Assembly: GCF_009914755.1 (NCBI RefSeq)
Contig: NC_060942.1
Source: the human T2T-CHM13v2.0 reference genome, Homo sapiens
DNA length: 64,000 nt
Direction: 5' to 3' (one strand)
Part shown: in pieces, positions 14,852 through 27,330 of the stretch
Layout: every line of letters starts with the position of its first letter
Numbering within the stretch: the first letter of the stretch is position 1
Made by a program: the position numbers and the translations under genes
Notes under the pieces: generated by a model
Seen by the model: only the letters and a program-made list of their open reading frames with translations
Told to the model about the DNA's origin: nothing
The model's database searches: none

Positions 14852-14988
14852 CTGTGGTGTGCTAGAAATAGCGTGCACTAGTTAACAAGAGCCAGTTGTG
14901 TTCGTGGCTCTTCAAATCCACATTGAATGACTTTACTTTGATTGGTAGCTTGAAATTGACCATGGTGGGAGTATTTACACCATGAAAG
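14852..14988 (+). mobile_element. MER63-like hAT DNA transposon fragment
   Basis: ctgtggtgtgct...ttggtagcttgaaattgaccatggtgggagtatttacaccatg matches the MER63 consensus as I recall it; cut off at the L1 insertion. Confidence 0.7.
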
Positions 14989-14994
14989 TTCTTC

Positions 14995-15740
14995 TACCGG
15001 TACCATGCTGTTTTGGTTACTGTAGTTCTGAAGTATAGTTTGAAGTTGGGTAGCATGATACCTCCAGCTTTGTTCTTTTTGCTTCAGATTGCCTTGGCTA
15101 TTTGGATTCATTTTTGGTTCCATATGAATTTTTAAATAGTTTTTTCTAGTTCTTTGAAGAATGCCAGTGGTAGTTTAATGAGAATAGCATTGAATCTATA
15201 AATTGCTTTGGACAGTATGGCCATTTTCACAATATTGATTCTTCCTATCTATGAGCATGGAATGTTTTTCCATTTGTTTGTGTCATCTCTATTTCTTTGA
15301 GCAGTGGTTTGTAGTTCTCCTTGTAGACTGGGTAAAGAAAATGTGGTACATACACACCATGGAATACTATGCAGCTGTAAAAAAGAATGAGGTTAAGTCC
15401 TTCACAGGGACATGGATGGAGGTACAGGCCCATTATCCTTAGCAAACTAACCCAAGAAACCAGTAAAACCCAGAAAACCAAATACCGTATGTTCTCACTT
15501 GTAAGTGAGAGCTAAATGATGAGAACATATGGACCTAAAGAGGGAAACAGCACACACTGGGGCCTACCAGAGGGTGGATGGTGGGAGGAAGGAGAGGATC
15601 AGGAAAAATAACTAATGGATACTAGGCTTAATACCTGGGTGATAAAATAATCTGTACAACAAACCCCCATGACACACATTTAGCTATGTAAGAAACCCGA
15701 AGTCCTGCACATGTACTCCTGAACTTAAAAGTTAAAAAAA
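14995..15740 (+). mobile_element. L1PA (PA13-like) with 5' inversion (14995-15327 antisense, 15323-15740 sense)
   Basis: Antisense ORF2 piece ([12 protein letters not shown]) fused to a sense 3' end (WVKKMWYIHTMEYY ... aggatcaggaaaaataactaatgg ... aacttaaaagttaaaaaaa). Confidence 0.9.
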
Positions 15741-15877
15741 GAATTATTAAGAGTTGATTATCAAGAATCAGGATGATATTGCTTTAGACATAAGATTCTT
15801 ACCATAACAAGCAGGATTCTTCTGCTTGGATAAAATACAGCAACATACTTATTTTGGGAGCTGAGACATTGTTTATG

Positions 15878-16020
15878 TACTAGACTGTGAGTTCCTCTAG
15901 AACACAGATCACATCTTAATGATGTATTCTTTTTGTGCCCTCCTGTCCCTACTACCCAGTGTAGTGTCTGAAAGATGATAAAATGTTTATTAAATGAATC
16001 AATGAGTGAGTAAATTAATG
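15878..16020 (+). mobile_element. L2 3' end
   Basis: actagactgtgagttcct ... aaatgtttattaaatgaatcaatgagtgag. Confidence 0.7.
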
Positions 16021-16574
16021 ACTGTTATGATCCTTGAATAGGTTATACAAACTAAAATGATACTGCTTTGCAGCACCTCTGCAGATGCATCTGGAGGCAG
16101 AGTTCTCACTAAAACCTTTCCAAGAGCTGTTTCAATTATCCCTTCAAGCTTTACTTAAATAATAATTGTTGAATAAAGTAAGAGGCTCGGTGCACCTTTT
16201 TCCTAAAAAACAAACAAACAAAAAAACCAATTTAACTGGTAAAAAAAATACAGAGCAATCATTTAAAATGTCTGTCTGAAAATTGTCCTAAGGGCAGAAA
16301 GATTAATTTTAAAAAATCTACTAAATCTCAGTAAAAGCTGTGACAGTCTATGGCATCTGAGCTATGATCCAGTCCATTACCTCCACCTTAGCTCAATGTT
16401 ACAGAAGCTTTGCCCTAGGCATAAACAGCCAAGTAGACAGGGGTTCCTTCTCCCTCCATCTCCAAGTCTGGGCTATGGTTTGATTCAGGAAAGGACAGGC
16501 TGTTGGCATTTCTCTCCCTCCAGCCTCACATGTAGAAGCTTGATTCCAAGTAGGTGCACCCAAGACAGCTAGCT

Positions 16575-17313
16575 TTCCTGATTTCAAAACTTACTACAAT
16601 GCTACAGTAATCAAGACAGCACCACATTTCATAGGAATAGACATATAGATGAATGCAATAGGAATTGTGAGTTCAGAAATAAACCCTTATATTTCTGATG
16701 AATTGATTTTTGACAAAAGTGCCAAGAAAATTCAGTGTGGAGAGAACAGTTTTTTTTTTTTCATCAAATGATTCAGCAAGTACTGAATAACCACAAGCAA
16801 AGGAATGAAGTTGACCCCTAACTCACATTATTAAAAAATTCATTTAAAATGCATTACCAACCTAAATGTAAGAGTTAAAACTATAAAAATTTTACAAGAA
16901 AACATAAGGCATAATTCTCTGTGATTTTAATTTAGACACAACTCCAAAAATACAAGGAAGAAAAGATGAAATAGAGTGAACATCACAAAAGTTAAAAACA
17001 TTTGTGCTGCAAATGATACCAGCAAGAAAGTAAAAGAATGGTGCACAGAATGGGGGAAAATATTTACAAAACACATGGGATAAAGGACTTGTATCTAGAA
17101 TATGTAAAGGACTCTTACCACTTATTAATAAAAAGTTCAAAATCCAATTTAAAAATGGGCAAAGGATTTGAATGAAAATGTATCCAAAGAAGACACACAA
17201 ATGATCTATAAGCATATGAGTATATGCTCAACATCATTACTCATTAGGGAAATGCAAATCAAAACCGCAATGAGATCCCATCTCACACCCACTGATGGCT
17301 AAAGTTAAAAAAG
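16575..17313 (+). mobile_element. L1MB-type ORF2 fragment
   Basis: tttcaaaacttactaca...gaattgatttttgacaaaagtgccaag...gaaatgcaaatcaaaaccgcaatgagat. Confidence 0.85.
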
Positions 17314-18149
17314 GGCTCTAGTTTCTGGATGTTCGTAATGGAAATGAGCACCCTGCAATCTGGGGCTGATTTTGAGAATGTTCTTTTGGGACAGTTTAAT
17401 ATGAAGGTAGAGATGTGAAGTGAACATAGCAGAAAGCAGCCAGATGAGATGGAGATTCTAAACCTTCTTCTGGAATGCCCAGCATGTCTGAGTCAAAAGA
17501 CTTTTGGATGACTTGAAGGATACTGGACCCTGACAGTGGCCCCAGCACTGAGAGTGGAGAGTCGCCCAGTTGATGCTTGGACCTATGACTAATGGAGAAA
17601 GGACAGTACACATTGGGGCATCTGTAACAAATGGTTTGTAGACCACTAACAAATTAGATGTTTGTAGAAGTAGCAAATACAACATGTGATTGAGGATTAA
17701 ATAGACTCTTCCACAGGTCAGTGAGGAATCAGTGAAAATGAAATCTCCATGGAATGGTAGCTATAGGCAATTCCAAGGAAGAACGATGGACTCTCATCAC
17801 AGAATTCTCTATTATTAAAACAACTGGGTAATATCTTAAAACATTACCTAATTTATTTTCATCCTGTTAATTTCTACTGCCCAATGGCCTTTCACATTTG
17901 AGACTGAGGCACGCATCCCTTAGGTGGGAGGAAGTGTCCATGGCCAACTGAATATCATGAAGATAATCAAGATTTTGCTTTCAAAAGAAACCTTTATAAA
18001 GTGAGTATGTAGAGACAAAGATCAATAAAATTCTGCTTTTCAATTTCAAGAGCCAGATACTTAAGAAGAAAAAAGGTGTCCTGGGTTCAAAAATGTTGTC
18101 ATGTAAAAAGTCAAACTTGTGAGTACTCAGAACATAGATTATGTATCAC

Positions 18150-18960
18150 ATTGAATTTTCTCAAATTTTTTTTCTTGCAATTGTTGACATGGCCATATAA
18201 TTTTCTCTTTTATTCAGTGTTGAGGTGAATTATATTAATTGATTTTTGAATGTTAAAAAAACCCTTTACATTTCTGGGATACATTCAATATAGTCATGAT
18301 ACATTATCCATCTTATATTTTGCATTAAAGAGACTTGTCTGTAATTTTACTGTATTATAATATCCTTGTCAGGTTTTAGTATCCAAGTTATACTAGCCTC
18401 AAAGTGAGCTGAAAAAAATGCTATTTGTTTTTCCATACTGTAGAAGAGTTTCTAGAACTATGATATTACATCTTTGTGAATGCTTAGAGGTGTTGACCAG
18501 TGAAGCCATGCGGACCTGAAATTTTCTTTGCAAGGAGATTTTAAATTATGGATTTTTTTTTTTTTTGGTTTGACTTTTCTATTTCCTCGTTTTCAATTTT
18601 GGTGAGTTGTAATTTTCAGTAAATTTTTATTACTTTATTTTACTTTATTTGAATTTAATTTTAAATTCTTTTCCTAAATTATTGAGTGTGAGGGACGTCA
18701 TTGGTTTTCAGGTTTCTCATTTTCTAATGTATACATTTTAAGGCTATAAATTTCCCTCTAAACATGGCATTACCTGCATGTCACAAGTTTTTGAGATGTG
18801 CCATATTAATGATATTTCAGTTTGATTTTTATTTTTTCTTCTTTGACTTACTCATATTCAAAATGTTATTGCTTAATTTCTAAACATTTTGGAAATTTTC
18901 TAGTTATTGTCCTACTTTTTCCTTCTAGCTGAATTCTACTGTGGTCATAGAACACACTCT
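18150..18960 (-). mobile_element. Old L1M/L1ME ORF2 fragments
   Basis: Antisense L1 motifs (ttgatttttgaatgttaaa, tccttgtcaggttttagtatc, accagtgaagccat, ggctataaatttccctctaa). Confidence 0.75.
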
Positions 18961-20199
18961 GTCTGATGAAGGGAATAAAGATCTCTGCTCTGGAGCCAAT
19001 TAAACTCCTCAGATAGGACACACCTAAACCCAAATGAGAAAGGACAAGTGAAGACATAAAAAGGCACAAAATCCCAAGAGCTATTCCCCCATTCCCTGGG
19101 ACAGCACCCCCACCCCCACTCAATCCAGTCCTGCTCTTCTAGATATCCTTAGATAAGTGCTTGGGGAGCGAGGATAAAAAGAACAAAAATATCATCAACC
19201 CCATTCTGTCCTACACGGATGCATTAACTTCTTACTTTCAAAAAATGAATATTATTAGCAATACATCTATATGTTTCTGCTGTCTCATTCGCTGTTTACC
19301 AAATCTATTTGCCCTCTCTGGTCCTGTTTCTTCCACAAGGACAAGGTGAGTGACATAGTATATAGGGCCATCACTCATAAGATAACTTCTCCTTTTTTAA
19401 GGGGCTTGTGACAGAGCACAACCACCCTGTGCTGAAATGTATGCAGTCCATAGACCAGGTGCTACACAGCGTATAAAAAGTGAAAGAGTCCTGTGATCCA
19501 AGAGTGTTTTTTTGATCCTGGATACACTTCTGCTATGGCAACAACCCTAAAGACATGGCTTAAGGCTAATCCTGGGCTGTGATCTCATACTTTTTTCCAT
19601 GTTTTATTTATAAACATTTCAGGAAGACAGTTGACGACAGGGTCATGTGCAGGAGGAAGACTGTTGTGCAAGCAGACTCAGAAACAGGAAAGACTAATTA
19701 AAGTTCAGTAGCCTTTCCCAGGTGTATGTTTTCTGGACCTCAGGCATAAAAAGCTGGACCAGTTGCCTCCTTTTCCCAAAGAAATCAAGGAAAAATAAAT
19801 GTGCCAATGACATCTACAAGGCTTACTAGAAGCAGAAAAAAAGACAAACTTTCTCTGATAGGGTCATGTAGAAAACCAACCTAAACAAGAATCACTAGTA
19901 TAAGGGCACTTTTTAACCCAACTAATATGGAAAATTGTATAGCTTTTTTGATACTGTATATCATAAATTTGAAATATATATTTTTAAATGCCTTGAGTTC
20001 AACTCAGTTTTTTAGTTACTTCCATTTAAATAATTTTGGAACTTTTACATAATTTTATGTAACAGCCTCATAAAAATTCCCAATTTTGAGATATCTGATT
20101 ATATCTTAACCAGCAGCCTACAGTTACACTGTTATATAATGATCCTTTCAATTCTACAGATAATGCGTTATCTGTAGATAATACATTATATTCTTTGTT

Positions 20200-20605
20200 A
20201 GTTTAAAAATAAGCTAGCAAAATGTTTAAAAATGCAAAGAAAAAAATCACACAATCTTTTTTATATCCTTTAAAAAATAAAACCATATTTTATATAGTTG
20301 CCATCATACTGTAATTGTAATTGTGTCTTTTTTCACTTAGCATTATGTAATAAACATTTCCTTAATGCCATAATGTTTTATAATTATCATTCCAATAATT
20401 CTATAATATTTCATCTAATAGAAATCATCTAAGTGAATAATTTTTATATTACTAGACATTATTTTATAGTTTTAAAATAAACAGTGCACTAATGAATATT
20501 TTAAATAAATACCTTTAGATTATTTTTTAACAAGAAATTCCCACAAGTAGAGTTGTTGGGTCAAAAGGCATGGATATAACTCTTGACACACATGGCGAAA
20601 AATTT
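20200..20605 (-). mobile_element. L1ME 3' fragment
   Basis: ttttcacttagcattatg ... aagtagagttgttgggtcaaaaggcatg. Confidence 0.6.
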
Positions 20606-20609
20606 TGGT

Positions 20610-21180
20610 GATAGATAGCCAACATCAATTTTTGTCTTCTTACTAGGAGTACCCTTTTTCTATCCCAGGTGTCTATCATTTTCTATTCAGCCACATACTT
20701 CAAGGAAACGTGGACTCATCTTCAAGCACAATGGTTAGAAAAAGCCCACCATGGTAATTCCATTCCCACTATCAGTGATTGGCTTAGAAAAGAGAATATG
20801 ACTTAATTTTATTTAATAATTGGTGAATGAAAATTTGCCGGGGTGATTTCAGGGGATGGTTTCTTAGATGTTAAAAACAGATTTAAGGATAAGACCACCC
20901 TTTTTAAAATTTCTGTTATTGGTGGATAAGGATGTGATGCCTAGAACTATAGCAGTCACCGTGTGATGTTGAAGAGAACTAGCTCACAAGCACATGACAC
21001 AGAAGAAAGACAGAAAGAAACTCAGTCCTTGTAACCTGTTGAACCACTAAATTAACGCCCTTACATTTCTCTCCTTCTGGAATCCTTATCATGTGAAATT
21101 ACAGGGTTTTTGTTGTTGTTGTTGTGTAAGTGAATTGAATTGGACTTTCTATTATGTGTAATGAAAACTTCCAAAATTAT
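20610..21180 (+). mobile_element. Old MaLR LTR (MLT1J/K-like)
   Basis: cagtgattggcttag, gatgtgatgcctagaactatagcagtcacc, gaaagaaactcagtccttg...gttgaaccact. Confidence 0.6.
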
Positions 21181-21259
21181 TAATCATATTGTGCAATTAG
21201 TTCCCAAAGGGTGGCAGCAATTCTCCTATCAGCAATGTGTTGATGTATGTTTCATAGCA

Positions 21260-21261
<2 letters not shown>

Positions 21262-21304
<43 letters not shown>
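21262..21304. repeat. (CA)n(TA)n compound microsatellite
   Basis: Seen directly. Confidence 0.95.
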
Positions 21305-21527
21305 AACATCCACATATATACATAAACATATATAAACTGATGGGATATGTATATTTAAGATTTGCTAAGTTAAGTTGGTTAAATTTAAAATGTTATCTTT
21401 CATTATTTCTTCTGCATTTCTGTGTTCAATAACAAAGTTGTATTCCAACTGTTAGGTTTAAAGACACAATGCTTTTTACTACTACTAGGGAATAGAGTTG
21501 TTTTTGATGTGCTGCTGCTGCTGCTTC

Positions 21528-21837
<310 letters not shown>

Positions 21838-21934
21838 TGTTGTGCTTCTTTATGTTACGAATGGATGACCAGAGCCATTTGCAAAAATTTGAATAATTAT
21901 ATCAGAGGTACACAAAAATTTGAAATAAAATCCC

Positions 21935-22231
21935 TTTTTTTTTGTTTTTTGAGATGGAGTCTCACTTTGTCGCCCAGGCTGGAGTGCAGTGGCACGATTT
22001 TGGCTCACTTTAATCTCTGCCTCCCACATTCAAGTGATTCTACTGCCTCAGCCTCCCAAGTAGCCAGGACTACAGGCACGTGCCACCAAACCCGGCTAAT
22101 TTTTTGTATTATTAGTAGAGACGGGGTTTCACTGTGTTAGCTAGTATGGTCTCGATCTCATGGCCTTGTGATCCGCCGGCCTTGGCCTCCCAAAGTGCTG
22201 GGATTATAGGCATGAGCCACCGTGCCTGGCC
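21935..22231 (-). mobile_element. Alu (Sc/Y-like)
   Basis: Antisense Alu; TSD taaaatccc (21926-21934 / 22232-22240). Confidence 0.93.
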
Positions 22232-23150
22232 TAAAATCCCATTTTATCAAAATATTCTTGATACCATAACCACTGTCCAGCCTTCAAACATTTTTTTTTA
22301 TTTCTAATAGCTCTAATTTCCATATCTGTTTGTAGGTTCACATTAAAAAGAGAAGGAGCTGGTAGTTCTCATCTCTAGCTGAGCAGTAATTGTATAGGAA
22401 TATAGATTAGATTTCTTTTGTTTGGTAGTAACTATATTTTTGAGATTATCTTGAATCATAATTCAAGGAATTTTCCAAACAGAACATTTCTAATGTTTTG
22501 TATTACAACTGCATCTGTTCTATAAAGAATAGAATTTAAGATGTTAATAACTGGAGGTAGCTATTAAATAAATATTGTCCAACATGATAAATAAATGTGA
22601 CAGATCTAAAAATGCTACTATTCTTCTAGGAAAAAATTTAAAGAAATAAATGGATAAAATATTTTTTGTTATTTTATAGTCTTTACTACTTATTTTAATG
22701 GATAATTAAATACTTATAAATACATTAAATACTTTAATGACTACTTAAAGGATACCTATATCATTTTGAGTAAAAGATAAATATTACAATCCACATGTTT
22801 CAACCGCAAAGAATAATAAAGAGGTAGGATGGGATGTGACACGATCATGCCAGGATATAGTGACTCCTGGCCTTTGGGGACACCCTGCGTTGAAGAGAAA
22901 ATGATCTTGTGTGATCATGCTAACAGGTATGAACTTCTCTGCAACACTCAGGTTACAATATTTCATACTTCCTATCTTTCCACAAATCCACTTAACCTGG
23001 CTTGAGGCTGCATGGTCCAGATGGACAGGATTATGTGCCAGCCAAGAACACAGGGGTCTTAAATGGTACCCAGTGAAGCCCACTGGCCTTCCACTTTTGA
23101 ACAGGAAAGATCCCTGGTTCCAGGCAGTGGATGCCATCCTTCTTGCTGCT

Positions 23151-24489
23151 AGATTTGGATCGTAATCCTGAAAAACACAATCCCAAACACCATAATCCTG
23201 AATTTGAAATCTCCAAAGATCAAAATCCATAAACTGTAATATCACTCACTTTGAAAATCTGGAAAATCACAATCGTAAAATAGTTACATCTTGTTAGACC
23301 AACTCTCATGGGCCATCTCCATGCCATTGTCCATAATCTAACCTTGTAATCCACTGCTTCATATGTTGAATTTTCTTTACAGTTTTTTTCTTTTTAGGAT
23401 TTTTTTTTTTACTACTTTAAATTGTCAGCATTATTTTTCTACATTTTTCTATGCTTTGTATTTCATCTTCATATTACTTACAATACTGGAGGTATAAATT
23501 GTGTAAAGAATTTTAGAGAGCTCAGATTCATTTTATGAATTTTTAACAAATTTGGCTCCACCAAAGTGCATTATGATAATGTTGACTTTGTGTTCAAGTA
23601 TTGTGCATGTATATAAAAATGCTGAGACTTCCTTAATAAATGAAGAGATGTCCTTTTTGTACATCTGCATTTGTGAAAGGCTCGTGATCTGGACTCTTTG
23701 GGTGACTGCATATGTAGTGGTGACCCATCCAGTTTCTGATCAATTTCATTAAAAGACTTAAGTGGTTTGTCACCATATTGCAGATGATGGCAGTATTAAG
23801 TTGGGTGCACACAATTACCAACCATAGTGATAGGTGATAACACATTTCCCTTTTTGACCAATGTCTTTATGAATACGGTTCATCTGTTCATCTGCCCACA
23901 ACTGTTATACCCATGCCATTGTCGTTAGTGCACCTGACTGCTCCTGCTTGCAAAATATGTATGTTGCCATTGCCTCTTTTATTCTGTAAAGTGGCCTATG
24001 AATGTTCTGTCCTGTTTTTATATGTTTCTCAGATAAGTCCTCCTTTAAAATGTAAATAAATACGTTTTAAAGAAACTTTTTTTTTTGAGACAGAATCTTG
24101 CTCTATCCCCCAGGCTGGAGTGCAGTGGCATGGTCTAGGTTCACTGCAACCTCTGCCTCCCAGTTCAAGTGATTCTCATACCTCAACCTCCCGAATAGCT
24201 GGGATTACAGGTGCCCACCACCATGCCTGGCTAATTTTTGTATTTTTAGTAGAGATGGGGTTTTGCCATGTTGAGCAGTCTGGTCTTGAACTCCTGACTT
24301 CGGGCGATCTGCCTGCTTCGGCTTCCCAAAGTGCCGGGATTACAGGCATGAGCCAGCGTGCCTGGCCATTTTAAATAATTTTTAATGATTTTTTCCAGAA
24401 TTATATATTTTCAAGATTTTCTTTTAGGGTTTCAGCATTCGTGATTATGGCATTTGGAATTTTGTCTTTCAGGATTATGATTGGCTTGC
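23151..24489 (+). mobile_element. Ricksha (MULE/MuDR) non-autonomous DNA transposon
   Basis: Imperfect ~55-bp TIRs (atcgtaatcctgaaaaacacaatcccaaacaccataatc vs the reverse complement at 24430-24489) and 9-bp TSD cttgctgct (23142-23150) / cttgctgcc (24490-24498), typical of Mutator-type elements. Confidence 0.88.
24077..24367 (-). mobile_element. AluS nested in Ricksha
   Basis: Antisense dimeric Alu. Confidence 0.93.
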
Positions 24490-24999
24490 CTTGCTGCCAC
24501 ATAGAGTGGTTCTCCAGTCCTGCTTCTCCTGAGTGGGCCTGGCATTGCTAGTCTAGGCTGAGATAATTTGCCACTTTTCCCATTTTTACAGGTAGGCAGG
24601 CTTGGTACTCCAAGTAGGGCAATTCTCCTGGGATGTCCACTTCTTTCTTGCCCCTTTGAGTCAAGTTACTCCCTGCCTCATATTTCCCAGACCACTGCGC
24701 TTGGTGTTGAGATGCGCTTTCTGCTGTGAAGGCCTGTGAATCCAATTACAGCTTTCATCCAGAGTTCCAGCTGCTTTCCTTTATATTCCAGAAATACAAT
24801 GGATCAGTCCACTGTTTTAGACTTTCCAAACTTCACTAGGTCACGTTGCCAGTGCAATGCTCTTACTACCATTGGGGAGTAGTAGGGAGTAGAATTGGTT
24901 TTGATGTGCCTTATGTTATGAATGGATGATCTGAGCTATTTGCAAAGATTTGCATAATCATTACATACATTATATACAATCAACCCACATATTCACTTA

Positions 25000-25790
25000 T
25001 CCTAAAGCAAATTGAGCTGAAAACAGAACTTCAGTTTTGAACACTTTCTCTCCCTGCCCCCATTCCAGATCCTCTTATTTCGTGTCTGGGAATGCACCAC
25101 TACACATTCATGTGCCCAAACCTGAAACTTGAGCATCTTTCCTATCTACTCCTTTCCCTTTATACTTCCCATCTAATCACTTACCAATCCCCATCCTTCT
25201 ATTTCATTTCTCATATATATATATATATATATATACATATTTTGCTACATCCTCAACACCTCATCTTATTCATTCATTCTTTCGTCTCTGAATTCCTAAT
25301 ACAGGCTCCTAAACAGGTCTCGCTGCTTGATAATCTCAGCCCCTTCCAACTCATATTCCACAATTCTTTCAGTGATCTTGTAAGAATATAGGTCTTATCG
25401 TGTCACTTCCTTCTCAAAGTCCAGTTTTGAGTCCTTCGTGTGTTCGGCATGTGATCTGGACTCTGACTTGGCATTTAAGGCACCATGTGATGTAGCTCCC
25501 ATCTATGCTTCCAGTTCACCTCCCTCCCATTCTGTTCCCCTGCCATCTTTAATTACTAGCAGCCACCAAATGCACCAGGTGGTATCATGCCTCCTTGCTT
25601 TTGAGCAGTTTGCTTTTACTAGGATGCCCCCCTCCTGTACTATTTTTTCTAGTTTCTTAAAAACTCTTTGACTATTAGTTCTTCCCAAATGCATTTCCCA
25701 TCTCACCTTCATCTATGCCTCCATTGCACTTATCTCCATAACTGCCTTTTGCTCCTATTAGATTATGAGTAGGGATTATGTTTTGTTTTG
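25000..25790 (+). mobile_element. L2 LINE fragment containing (AT)n at 25213-25235
   Basis: ccaaacctgaaacttgagcatc, cttccaactcatattccaca...agtgatctt, ggcatttaaggcacc, catgcctccttgcttttg. Confidence 0.7.
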
Positions 25791-25914
25791 TTGTCTAACA
25801 CATATGAATAACCCTAATTATAATGATTTCTTAGCACTTGCATGCTTTTTCACTCAGCCATGAAAATAATGGCTGCATAGTTGCCTCATATATTTAATTT
25901 AACATATTAAGTTA

Positions 25915-26092
25915 TTCATTTTAACTCATACTTACCTTATCAGGTAAGCTACTGTTATTTTTATTTTCATTTTGTAAAATGAAGGTGCAGATTGCTTAGG
26001 AAGTTTCCCCAAGTTACACAGTTGCTAAGTGACAGAGCCAGGATTTGAACTGAGACATCTGACTCCAGAGGTCACTTTCTTGTTCATGCTGC
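25915..26092 (-). mobile_element. MIR SINE
   Basis: cccaagttacacagttgctaagtgacagagccaggatttgaac...tctgactccagag. Confidence 0.8.
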
Positions 26093-26751
26093 TTGAGGGC
26101 TGCCCTGGGTGCTTGATAAATATCTCATTTGTGGACATTAAGATGGGAGTAAGAACTTTGGGAAGATACTCCTTACCCTTCTAGACCATTTGTACCTCTT
26201 AAAAGAGGCAAAATGTTTAAGCTGGTACTGGGACCTTTTCCCACTTATGGCTTTCTCCTCATGAGTCCATAGTGTAGTATGTACCTTCCTTTACTCTCTG
26301 ACCCTTCGCATGATCAGTGTTTTCTTTCTTAGAACATAATCCAATACCCTTACAATCATGATAATGATGATGCGAGTTAACATTTCCAGGATGTTGACTG
26401 TATCATATTAAAAAATTTACCACTGACAGTAGAATAAAGCCCCTATAGACCTTGGTAAAGAAATTTTAAACAAAATTTGTTGTATGTATTCATGCCATAA
26501 AGGCAACAATCCCCACTGCTTGCATGCAAGCTGCCCTTTTTGGGATTTTAAGCTTCTTCCTGCTGTCATCGGGATGTAAAGGCTGACTTGATCCTTTTTT
26601 GACTAGCCCCAGCCTGCACCCCTCAGAAACCTGACTTAATTTTCTCTCCTACCACCACTCAGTCCCACACCTGGGGAAGCCACAATGCAATTAATAGTTG
26701 CATTACTTAGGGAAATTATTCAATCTTGCTGAGCCACAGTTTCTGTCTCAG

Positions 26752-27067
26752 TTTTTTTTCTGTTGTTGTTTGTTTTGTTTTTTTGAGATAGGGTCTCATT
26801 CTGTCACCCAGGCTGGAATGCAATTGCATGATTATAGCTCACTGCAGACTCGATTTCCCAGACTCAAGAGATCCTCTTGCCTCAGCTCCTGAGTAGCTAA
26901 GACTACAGGTGCATGCTTCCATGCCTGGATAAACTTATAAAATTTTTTGTAGTGATATGGTCTCACTATATTACCCAGTTTGGTCTGGAAATCCTGGCCT
27001 CAAGTGATCTTCCTGCCTCAGCCTCCCAAAGTTCTGGGATTACAGGTGTGAGCCACCCGCTCTGGCA
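26752..27067 (-). mobile_element. AluJ (Jo-like)
   Basis: gagatagggtctca..., atagctcactgcag...ctcaagagatcctc, diverged dimer. Confidence 0.9.
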
Positions 27068-27109
27068 CTTACCTCTTTCAAATGAGAGTAACAATTATTC
27101 CTGCTTCAT

Positions 27110-27330
27110 AGAGTCACCTCCTCTGGTCTGTCTTCCCTGACCCTGTCATCTCAGGAAAGAATTAACCTCCTCTTCATTTTAGTGCTTATCTACTTTGCTC
27201 GGACCAATGTGTGCGTCACACTCTACTGTAATTGTTTGTTTATTTGTCTGCCCCACCTACTGAATAGTTAATATCTCAAGGACAGGGACAATATCATAGT
27301 TTTGAGTCCCTTATCCCTAGATCACCTGTT
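27110..27330 (+). mobile_element. L2 3' fragment
   Basis: gtaattgtttgtttatttgtctgccccacctactg...ctcaaggacagggac. Confidence 0.6.

Noticed and set aside
24855-24965. Direct-repeat unit as a C/D or H/ACA snoRNA
   Set aside because: No proper RTGATGA box C or ANANNA H box shared by both copies.
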